NCBI GenBank assembly: GCA_021152555.1
Contig: JAGKVE010000008.1
Span: 702-64,701, forward strand
Direction: 5' to 3'
DNA: 64,000 nucleotides
From: Bacteroidia bacterium
GTDB lineage: Bacteria; Bacteroidota; Bacteroidia; Bacteroidales; Paludibacteraceae
Shown here: positions 35,980 to 47,900 of the stretch, piece by piece
How the letters are laid out: the number at the start of each line of letters is the position of its first letter
Numbering within the stretch: position 1 is the stretch's first letter
Program-made: the position numbers and the translations under genes
Notes under the pieces: model-generated
What the model was told of the DNA's origin: nothing
Database searches by the model: none
What the model saw: only the letters and a program-made list of their open reading frames with translations

Positions 35980-38900
35980 TTAGTAGATCAGTACTTTGTG
36001 GCTCGAAGCCTTGGTACCTTGGTATGCTCTGATGAAGTATATTCCGCTGACAGAAGGCAAGGTGACTTGTGTGGCGCCTTCCTCCATCTTTCCGGTTGAG
36101 ATAAGCGCTCCGGTGGAAGAGTAAACCTCATATTCGCCTTGCAACTGCGCCTCGATGGTCACTACCGGTAGTTGTCTCGGTGTCTGCGTCGGATAGACGA
36201 TAATCGGATTTGTATATACATCCTGTGCAGGTTCAACGATAGTGAGCGGACAACTCGGAACGAAGTAGTTCTCGCCCATACGCATAGCGCGCATGACAAC
36301 CTGGTCACCGGCATGCAACTCTTTATTGAAGAGGTATCCGGAACCGGTATTGGTTTGTAGCACATCGTTAACGAGCCATTCCGTCTGCGCGAACTCAAAT
36401 CCGCCGTTATACTCCGCCTTCAGCGGAGCAACAACGTCTCCCCAGTTCTGCTCGATAATCCAACTCGGGTACTTCACAAGCAACTTGATACTGTCGGACC
36501 GGCTGAGTCCGCATACTCCGTTGTCCAGTACAAGACGCATCGTGTAGTAATCTGGGCGGACGTAATACGGATGATCTTGGTAAACAACGCTTGCATATTG
36601 CGGTAGTGTCACGTGAGCAATCATATCTTCCTTGAACGGCTCATTGATGACATCCGCGAATCCTTCGCGTTTAGCGAGCGCGTCAAAATAAACGCTGTAA
36701 TGCGTAGGACGCTGTCCTGCGTACTCGAAGACAATATCGAATCCTTCGTCATCGGCGCATACTTCGCTGGTACGTGCAGAAGTGATATTGGTCGGGTGGG
36801 CAATGGATAACTGCAACGAGTAGATGGCAGAAATATTAGCTTCCAACTGGCGGACGGTATCGGTGTAATAGCCCTCAACGTCGTAGATCTTGCCGCGCCA
36901 TGTGTACGCCTGACCCGCGCAGATGATGACATCTTCCGTAGCCGGCCGCTGGGTCTCCACCACCGTCAGACGGAGTGTGTACGTACTGTCGCAATCCAGT
37001 ACGGTTGGCCAGGTACGGTCGTAAATACCGGTCTCGGTGTAGGTACGCCCGTTCCAGTTGTACGACTCGTAATCAGCTATAGTCGCGTTCTCATAGAAAT
37101 GATACGACGGATTGACGGTCAAATCAAGGTGGAGAATGCTGTCACATCCGTCCACAGTCTTGAGGGTGAAGTCATAGTGTCCCGCACGCGTGATGGATTT
37201 GCCTGCAAACTGCATCGTATCGCCGTCGCAGATAGCCCACCGCTCGGTAGGCAGGTCATATGCGGGGGAATCGTACACTTCGACGCGGTACAGACTATCC
37301 ATCGCACCGCTGATCTTTGACCGGCGTGGGAAGGTGTAGAGACCTGCCTGCGTGATTGTTGTACCGTCAATCTTGATCTCCGAACCTGGACAGAGCGGCA
37401 TCGGATACCACGGCGACAGATGTTTCGCAATCACAATCTGGAATCGTACTACCGAGTCGCAGAAGAATTGGTTGCGCAGCGTGTCGGAATAAACGGTATC
37501 ACCTTTCGTGTACATACGTCCGTCACGGAAGTAGGGCAACTCGTCTGCGGATACGTAGGCTGTCGGCGCGATGGTGACTGACGCCGGACGAACGGTCAGG
37601 TCCAGATAGATGATACTGTCGCCATGCTCGGTTGTATGGCTGTACGTGCCGGCAAAGGTCAGTTTCTCTCCGTAGAAGTCGTAATAACTGCCGCGGCATA
37701 TATCCGCTTTCCTGCGAAGCTCAACGACACGCTTGGAATTGACAACAATCTGGTAGATAGAGTCACAACCGTGGATGGATGTCAGAGTGTCGTAGTAAAC
37801 GCCCGGCACGGAGATGTCAATACCATGAATCTTGGTGTTATAACCCGGAACAATCTCATATTTCTCTTTCAGGAAGTATGACTCGTGTATATTGACTACC
37901 AGATGGTAAACACTGTCAAATCCGTACCGCGTCGTCAACAGACTGTCTTTGTACAATCCCGATTCGGAGATGATATGTCCGTGCCAATGCAGCGTGTCGG
38001 GCTTACAGAGGTCAACCGAATCGAAGAAGAAGTACGATGGATGGACTTCCAGATGGAGATGGTGAATACTGTCACAACCATAAATAGTAGTATCCGAGAA
38101 GACGTAATCGCCCGGTTTGGTAAGGGTACGCCCATTGAAAATATAGTTCTGCTTGTCGGATATATGCACCGTATCCGTTCTGTTGAAGGTCGGGTGTACG
38201 CGTATTACATATCTGATAATCGAGTCACAGCCTGCTACAGAAGGAATAGTATCCGAGAAGATGGTATTCTCGCGGTACACCTTTCCTTTATACGTGAAGG
38301 TGTTGCCTTGACACAAATCAATGGTACGCTCACTGCGTTTGGTCTTGTTCACAACCAGGTTCAGTGTTTTGATGACACGTGCGGAGTCATTCCAAACCGT
38401 ACGCAGTTCATAATCACCTTCTGCGTTGTACGGAATGCCGTGCCATATGAACGGCAAGTCATGGTCGCATATAATGGCAGTAGTGTCGGTGTTGATAACT
38501 TTGAGTACGGAGAGCACCATCTCATGCGTGTTATAACACTGGTTACCGTTGTCCACTCTGTGTGTATAGGTGCCGGCGGTCTTATAGTATGTGCCGTAGA
38601 AGAGAATCGAGTCGCCTTCGAATATAGTTTTCTCCTCACGCTGGAAGGAAACAGGTATGACGTTCAAGTGCAGTTTGACAATCGAGTCACAACCGTTAGC
38701 AGCAACAAGCGTATCGCGGTATTCACCCTGCGCGTTCAGGTTCTGTCCCTTGAACTGATAGTAACTGTCACTACAGATTGTACGATGAATCGTCGTGTCT
38801 TTCGGCTGGTTGACAACCAGTTGCAAACCGTAATACATCCGTACGCCGTTGACATAGGTCGTATCGTTACGATAGATACCGGCGGAATAGAGCGGTGTTA

Positions 38901-41900
38901 CCTGACCGTTCCATTTGTTAACCCAGCGGTACGGCAATTCGTAGTCGCATACCGTCACAACGGTATCTACAGCTGGGTGAAGGATGACTTTCACTATCGT
39001 CGTGCTGTCACATCCGGAAGGCGTCAGACCTTTGCGGGTGATGATGGTGTCTTTGCTAATCCGCTCGCCGTTATAGATGAATACCTGGCCCTCTACAATA
39101 TGCTCTTCGCGGTAGTTGTAGTAGGGCTTGTTCACTTTCAATACCAGTGTGACAATCGAGTCACAACCGTTTGTTGCCGTGAGTGTATCACGGTACGTAC
39201 CGCCAACCTTCAGGTCTTGTCCGCCGAAGGTGTAGAAATTACGGTCACTTTCGCAAATACTGTCATAAACAGTAGTGAACTTAGGCTCATTGACAATCAG
39301 TTGTAAACCGTAATACATCCGTTCGCCGTTGATATAGGTCGTATCGTTGCGATAGATACCGGCGGCGCGAAGTAGTGTCTCCTGACCGTTCCATTTATTA
39401 ACCCAGCGGTACGGCAGGTCATACTTACAAACGGTAACTACGGTATCTACAGCAGGGTGGAGGATTACTTTGAGTACCGTCGTGCTGTCACATCCGGAAG
39501 GCGTTAGACCTTTGCGGGTAATAATGGTATCTTTGGTAATGTCTTCACCGTTGTATTTGAATACCTGTCCCTCAACGATATGTTCCTCGCGGTAGTTGTA
39601 ATACGGCTTGTTGACCGTCAGTATGAGCGTGACAACAGAGTCGCAGCCGTTCGCGGCACGGAGCGTATCACGGTATGTACCGCCAACCGATAGGTTCTGT
39701 CCCTTGAAGGTGTAGAAATTACCGTCCTTCTCGCATATGCTGTCTCGGATGGTAGTGTTCTTTACCGGCAATACATTCACATAACGTACATACGTACTAT
39801 CATAACCATCATGAGTTTGCAGGTGTTTTACGTATGTGTCGGTGGTGTATATTCCCTCTTTGAAAACAACAGTACTGTCGGCGTTATACCAAGTGTACGG
39901 TGTCTCACTTGTACAGATGGTCACTGTGTCTCTGAAGAAATACGTCGGATGGATCCGCAGACTGAGACTGTCAATAGAATCACAGCCGGTAGGCGTTACA
40001 AACCGGTATGAATACTCTCCGGAAGCCCTGAGGGTTTCACTTCCCAATAATACTCCGCCCTGTTTATGTTGCCATACATAAGGAGTATCCACGTCGGCGA
40101 TATCTACCGTACGATGTTTCAGATATTTCGGGAAGACGTTCAGTTGAAGCGTAATGATGGAGTCGCAACCATACTGGATACTGGTCAGTGTATCGTAGTA
40201 TACGCCTTGATTTTTCAAGAAACGCGGCTTGTTGAGTCTCGACAAACCGAAACGTATCGAGTCTCCGTCGCAGAGCGTGTCTATAATCGTCGTGTTGAGG
40301 ATCGGCAGCACGTTGATATAGACGGTGCGGATACTGTCGTAGCCGTCCTTTGTCTGCGTGTAGTACGTATAGGTATCGCTCTCAGTTATATCATCGCGGT
40401 TCTGCCATGTGTACGGCGTCTGGTCATGACAGATGGTGATGGTGTCTTCCTGTATCATGTAGGTGTTGTAGAAGTACAGGCTGAGGCTGTCAATCGAATC
40501 GCATCCGTACCGGCTCGGCATTGAGAAATGGTATTCGCCCGTAGCGTACAACATCTGCGTTGAGTCTTTGGCTATGCCGTTCTCTTTCCATACATGTTTC
40601 CATGGATAGGGTTTGGTACTATCCGGCAGATGAACGGTCTTATGGGTCAGCAGTTTCGGGAAGGCGTTCAAGCGCAGGATGATAATCGAATCGCAACCAT
40701 TCACTATCCGTGTCAGCGTATCCTGGTAAGTGCCGGACTTCGAGAGGAACCGCGGTCTGTTGCTCTTCGTCAGACCGAAACGTATCGAGTCGCCGCCGCA
40801 GATACTGGAATCCAAATACGTGACAGTTATCTCATGATAATGGACGTACAAGTCATAAATACTGTCCAGTTTGATGCGTGTGTTCAACGTGTCGTAGTAA
40901 TGTACGTCTCCGTCGGCATTGGGCGCAGTGAAAGTCTGTGTATAGCCGGTTTCCCAGGTGTGCTTCAGTGTCTCTTTCGCCTTTGCGCATACACTGATGG
41001 TGTCGCAGAAGACGTGCGTCTTGTGAACCCTTAGGTATAGACTGTCAATCGAGTCACAGCCGTTGGTGCTTGGCATGAGGAAGGTGTATAGACCGGATGC
41101 TTGCAATGTGTCAACGGTGTCTGTCGGGTGGGCAGGCCAGTTATGGCTCCATAAGTACGGCAATTCGCGGTCGGTAATGCTTACCTCCTTCGGCTTGGTC
41201 ACAACGCGCGGACGAACAAACAGATATAGTGTCACAATCGAGTCGCAGCCGTTGAGAGCCGTCAGCGTGTCGTGGTAGATACCGTTCTTGGTCAGCCAGC
41301 GTTCTTGTGTCGCACGGAGGGTGTCGAACCGCAGACGGGTGTCCTCGCAGATTGTGTCGTAGAGAACGGTGTCACGGATGATGCGCGTGGTGACGAACAA
41401 ATCATAGATACTGTCACGACGGTTGTAGGTAACCAGCGTATCAATCACATGGAACGTGGAATCATTGCGACCGGCATTGAAGGTACTCACATACCCGTCT
41501 TTCCATGTGTGGTTCAACTGTTGTTGAGACTTAGCACATACATTGATGGTGTCACGGTACAGGTATGCTGTATCAACAATCAGATGTAACGTATAGGTTA
41601 GCTTGCAAGGTATTGAGTCGGAGTTCTTCTCGTTTGCAGGACCTATTGAGTCGTAGTCGTTCGAGTAATAACGCCATGCTCCGCCCCACCAGATGGAGTC
41701 ACCCAATAGGATATGTGCTGTGGTGTCTTTCTCTTCCGGATGAACGAACTTGACGGTCCATTTGGTAATACTGTCACATAGGTAACTACGGTCGTTGTGC
41801 GTGTAATTGTACATCGTTGCCTGATGATGCGTATCTACCCATGGAGAGTAGGTCTGAACGGTATCGTAGTAAACGGTATCTTTCTTGACCCATATGGTCT

Positions 41901-44900
41901 TCGGCCAGAAGAGCTGGACGGAATCGCCTTCGCATAGATAAACGGTAGTGTCTTTAGGCAGTTTCTGTCTCGGACGAACGATGATGTGGTGATAATAACT
42001 ACTGTCACAGTTATAGACAATGGTGTCATGGTTGTACGGAATACCTAACCATTTACCTTGCCATTCGCCGGCAAACTGTCCGCCGTTTGCTGCTGCAAAA
42101 GTAGGATTGGTCAAATTGCCGAGTACAACCGGATTAACGGCAATGTCATCCTCACAGCGGAACGTGGAATCAGTCTTTGTCAAAGATGGAATGATACGCA
42201 GTGTCAGGTTGATGGTAGAGTCACAGCCGCAAGCAGTGGTATCCGTGTGTGTGTAGAAACCTTCTGCCCAGAGTTCCGCCGGTGTCTGGCGCCCTAAGAT
42301 ATAAGGCAACTCATGTTCGCATACCGTGTCAATGACATTGTAGGTATAGACGGTGTCCACAATGATATGAACATGGAATACGGAGTCGCAGGGTTGTGTA
42401 TGAGTGTGAGGGATAACCTCTACGCGATCAATGAACGTGGTGTCTTTGAAGTAGAGCGAATCGCGCCATAAAGCACCCTTGTTGACGCATCCGTGGATAT
42501 AGACGGTGGTGTCATACGGGTGAACAACCGTCAGATCCATCCGGTAGATGTCTGTGATGTTACCTTCGGCGTCATAGATAGTGTCGCGATAAGTGCCGGA
42601 AGTGTAAAGAGTCCTCGGAGTCCCTTGTAGTTGTGGGTGTTCCCAAACAAGCGGGTATTTCTTGTCAGGGTGTACATCTTTTCCCGTGTCATTGGAGCAA
42701 AGGATACGCTCGTCGCCTAATTCCTGAATAACGCGCAACTCGCTGATACTGTCACATCCGGTCAGTACGCTTTGCTGTACATCGGTATAGGAGCCGCCGC
42801 GTGTAATCGTCTGACCTTTCCATGTGATTGTTTCACCGGCTTTGAGAATAACGGTTTCTATGTGCCGTTTCGTCGGGTACTGATAAATTTCCGTATAGAC
42901 GAGGCTGTCACAACTGTTGCTGCTGCGCAGAAGTGTAGTGTCACGATAGACACTGTCCGGAACAAGGTTGAAATACCGTTTCCCATTGATTTCATATGCT
43001 TCGCCTTCGCAGATATGTACCTGTTGGTGTAGTTCGTAAATCGGGTAGATGGTCAGAGTCAGGCGGAAGATACTGTCAAAGCCGTTAACGGTGGTGTATT
43101 TGTGCTCATAGGTCTTGGTCTCTCCTGCCGGATGGCTGTACTCGATGGCTAGCTTGTCCGGGTCTTGTGGCCCGTCAAGCCATTTGTACGGTGCCTCGTT
43201 CTGGCAGATAGCAGTGTCCTTGGTGAATGTGTAGGTCGGGTAGGTATAGACAATCAGTTCCTCGCGGTTGTAACATCCGCCGTCTACCTGCTCTTCGTAA
43301 CGGTATGTACCGGCGTGGTTCACTTTCTGGTCATGCCATATACGGGTAGTGTCGTTGTCAGCTATATGGAGTGTGTCGGATTGGAACGACGCCGTATTGA
43401 AATGGATGAATGTCTTGATGATACTGTCACAACCGTGCAATGTCGGCAGGGTGGCGATAACGGCGGTATCTTTGGTGTAACTCTCGCCGTTGTAGCGCAC
43501 AACGCCGTCTCCGCTGCAAGCGTACAGATGATAAACGAAAGTATCTTTGCTTTCCGGCCATACGGTCAGTTTCAGGATAAAGATAGAGTCCGGCGTTGTC
43601 GGTGTGGACTGAATCGAGTCAATGTACGTACCTGAGGTGGAGTAGTCTTTGTCGCGCCATGTGAAGATGTCGCCGTCACAGATTTCCTTGATGGTCGTAT
43701 AAGTGTTCGAATGCGGCGTTGCAGGAATCATCCCCACGCCGATCTCATACGTACTATCACAGCCGTTGATCGTGGTGTGCTGGTCGCGGAACAAGCCTTC
43801 GGTATTGATGCTCAAACCATGCCACAACAGAATCTCGCCCTGTGTGATGGTTGCCGTGTCGTGGAAATAGTAACTCGGCATCTTGTCCAGATAGAGCGTT
43901 ACAATCGAGTCGCAGCCTTCTGCATTGCGTAGTGTGTCGTAAACGGCGGCGGAGTTGGTGTAGGTCACGCCTTTCCAGTCCATTTTGTCGCAGAAGGTCA
44001 ATGAACGTGACGAGCGGCTGGCTGCTAATACGGTCAGTTGTAACTCATAGATGCTGTCCTGACCGGTGATGGTCTGATAACGGTCGTAGTAACTGGTCGT
44101 CTTACCTACGTTCTGGCGGCTGAGGTTGGACATCCCGTGCCATGCGTACTCATCACCCTCACAGACTGTCATCGTCTCTACGAAATGGTATTTTGTGTCG
44201 TTGAGCGTGAGGATGAGACGGTAGGTCTCTTTGCAGCCCGTCTGACTGTTGTCGTGGTATTTGTTGTACGTACCGGCGGCATTGATGGAAACGGTCTCTT
44301 GTTGACCTTCATGTGTGTAAATCCATGTGTATGCGCCTTTACCGTCCCATGTTGCATTCGTTACATGTACCTCCGTCGGGTTCTTGATGACGGTAATCCG
44401 GTATGTGGTGTCACAGCTGTACCGGTCGAAATAGGTACCGGCTTCAGAATAAGTCTTGCCGTTGAAAGAAACGGTCTCGCCGTCGCATACAGTTAGTGTC
44501 TGCGGCAGTTCGTATGCCGTCAGAACCGTCAGATGTAGGCGGTAGAGTACCTTTTGGCCGCCCTGTGTCTCAATTCGCTCGTAGGTCTTGGTCTCGCGAC
44601 CGGTGATGCCATGCCAGTAGAGTATTTCGCCCGGACATATGGTCGCTGTAGTATCTACGGTATCGACATAGTCGGTATAAAGGACCAGACGGACAATTGA
44701 GTCACAGCCGGAACGGTTGGTCATAACTGTATCATAGATACCCGGTACGGCGTAGGTCTTGCCATTGATGTCCCATGTGTACTCCGTTGTGCCGTCTTGC
44801 AGGTGGGGGGCCACCAGTACCGTGTCGGCATCAACGACATTTAATGTTAGCACAACGGTCGAGTCACAGCCGTTCTGCAGGTAGGTGTACGGATAAACGC

Positions 44901-47900
44901 CGGGTTCGGTGTAGGTGGTACCGCCAAAAGTGATACTACTGCCGCGGCAGATGGTCTTTTGAATGTAAGTAGTCGGGTATTCGGTAACTGTCAGGACTAA
45001 ACGGTGATAGATACTGTCGGTGTAACCATCAGCTGTTTGTTCTATCTCTTGATAAGTGCCCGAAGTTGTATAGCGTTTACCGCGCCAGTCGTAGTAATCG
45101 CCCCAGCAGATAGTCACGCGTTCTTCGTCTATCAGGTCACGTTTGTTGGCGATGATTGTTACAATGGAATCACAGCCGTTAGCGGTCTTAAAGATGAAAT
45201 CGTGTGCTTCGCCCTCGTTGAACGAGTAACCGCGGTATGAGGCAGGGAACGAGAAGAATTCAACCGTCTCCGAAGTGCGGACAATGGGATGAACAGTCAG
45301 CGTCAGATGGTAGATGCTGTCTTTTCCGCTTACTGTCTTCATCTCCTTGTAGTAGTCGTATATGCCGGGTGCCAAGTTGGCGTATGTGGTGCCGTTGACA
45401 GGCCATGTGTAACTGTCGTTGGCGCACATGGAAGCTGTATGCTCAAAGTGGTATGAACTGCTGTCAACGGTCAGTATCAACCGGTAGATGTCGTTACAGC
45501 CGGTTGTAGGGTTGTACTCTAAGTGGCTATATGTGCCGGCTTTGTTGATGACGGTGTCTTTCGCGGTGCCGTCAATCATGAGACGCCATGTGTAGGCATT
45601 GTCGCCGTTGAAAGTAGCCTGTGTGATATAGGTTTGGGACGGGTTCTGCGTTACTATTATACGGAAGGTTGTGTCACAACTGTACGGCTCCTCGTATGTG
45701 CCGGCAGTAGAGTAGGTCTTGCCGTTGAAGGAAACGGTTTCGCCGGCGCAGAGAGAGAAATGCTTTTCTACCATCTCTTTCGTTTGTCCCGCTACGGTCA
45801 GGTGCAGGCGGAATACAATCTTGTCGCCGTTAGCCTGGCTCTCCACGTTCTCGTACTGGCCTTGTGTATAATAACGTGTTCCGTGCCATTCAAGGTAGTC
45901 ACCGCTGCATATTGTTGCCGTCGTGTCAACTGTATCCACATGGTTCGCAGTCAGTACCAGTCTAACGATACTGTCGCACCCGAAGGCACTCGTCATCATC
46001 GTGTCAACGGTCATCGGGGTCGTGTACTCTTTGCCTGTCACATTCCATGTGAATTTCTCGCCCTCATCGCGGCGGAAAACCTGTGTGGAGATAGGCGTTT
46101 CGGCAATGTTTAAACGTAATGAAATGATTGAGTCACAGCCGTTTATGGCAATGAGTGTATCATAATAAATGCCTCGTTCGGTCAGTTGTTTGCCGCCGAA
46201 AACGGTGTAGTTCCCGCGGCATATAGTCGTATCACGGCTGCCGCCGATGATAGCTGGAAGAACGGTCAGTACCAAGCGGTGGTAGATGCTGTCGTAACGT
46301 CCGTTCTTGGTCTTCTCTGTCTCGTTATATTGTCCGGCGATGGAGTATTGTTGTCCTCTCCATTCGTACGAATCGCCGGCGCAGATAGTCTTTTCTTCAA
46401 TGTCTAATGTTGTACGTTGAACAGCGACAATCTCAATGACGGAATCGCAGCCAAGCGTGTTAGCGACGGTGTCGTAATACCTACCGGCATTTGGTATAGT
46501 GATTCCGCGGTATGAGGCAGGGAACGAGAAGAACTCAACGTGTTCGCTACTTCGGGAGATTTTATTGAATGTTACATGCAGGGTATAAACGCTGTCTTTG
46601 CCTGCTTTGGTGACGTAACTATCCGTATAGTCGTATGTTCCGGTATGCTCGTTGCCGCGAATCGTCTGACCATGCCATTCGATTACATCGTTCTCGCATA
46701 GTGTGCGTTCTTCGTCGAAGTGGTATTCAGCGCTGTCAACGGTCAGCACCAGGCGGTAGATATCATTACAGCCGGTAACGCTGTTCGGTACTGTCTGTTC
46801 GTAGATTCCTGCTTTGGTCTGTGGGTAGGTTGTCCCGTTGACATCCCAGTTATACGTACTCTTCCCGTCGAACGTGGCGTTGGTGATGTAGGTGGTGGAC
46901 GGCTGACGGGTAACGTTTACCTGATAAAGCGTGTCGCAGGTATAGTAGTCTTCATACATGCCCGGCTCACTATATTCCTTGCCGTTGAACGTCGCTGTTG
47001 TTCCGGAGCAGAACGTTAGTTGTTTGTCAATTACCACTAATCGTTTGGCGGTTAAGTGCAGAATATAAAGCCGTTTGTCGCCGTTCGGCATATCGACATA
47101 CTTGGTGTAGTCGCGTGTGGTATAACCTACTATTCCGTTCCATACCAACGAGTCTCCCGGACAGATGGTAGCTGTATGCTCAATGGTGTCCACGTGTTGT
47201 GTGGTCAAAATCAGGCGTTCCACGGCATCACAGCCGTTAGCGTCCTGACGCCGATGGTCATAAACACCGGCGGTGGAGTAACTCTTGCCCGTCACATCCC
47301 ATGTGAACGACTCTCCGGCTTGTATCGTACGGACGGTGACTGACGTATCGGGTTTGCTTGCAATTAGCGAGAGTACCACTATCGAGTCGCAGCCAGACAC
47401 TTGGAATGTGTCGCGGTATGTACTTGTCTGTGTGTACTGCTTGCCACCGACGGAGTACGAAAAGCCTTCGCAGATAGTCTTGTTGAGATAGGTGGTCGGG
47501 GTGTTCTTTACCGTCAGATGTAGAATATGTGTCGTGTCGCCTTTAACCACGGTGTAGGTAGAGGACTCGGTGTAGCGTTGTCCCTGCCATTCGTAATAAC
47601 TGCCGCGGCATATCAAGGCATCCTGCTCATCGATTATATGCCGTTGGTTGACGATGATGGTGTAAGTGCTGTCACAACCGGTGGACGAGGTGTATGTCAC
47701 GGTCTGTGTGCCCGGCGCACTGAACGTCTTGCCGCGATGGGTGAACGGGAACGCATCAACCTCTATGCGCTCAGTCTTGTTGAAACGCGGTACTACCGTC
47801 AAATGCAATACATAGATGCTGTCCCGTGCACCGCTGGTGCCCGGCTTTAGATGGTACACCGTGTCCGACAACGAGTAGGTGTTCCCGTCCGCCGGCCATG

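Noticed and set aside
37885-39306. 473-aa plus-strand ORF, and many further plus-strand ORFs between 36.1 and 48.3 kb
   Set aside because: All are antisense to the single 12.4-kb minus-strand ORF, which has a signal peptide, a coherent module structure and a T9SS CTD. The antisense ORFs inherit periodicity from the repeats and have no start context.
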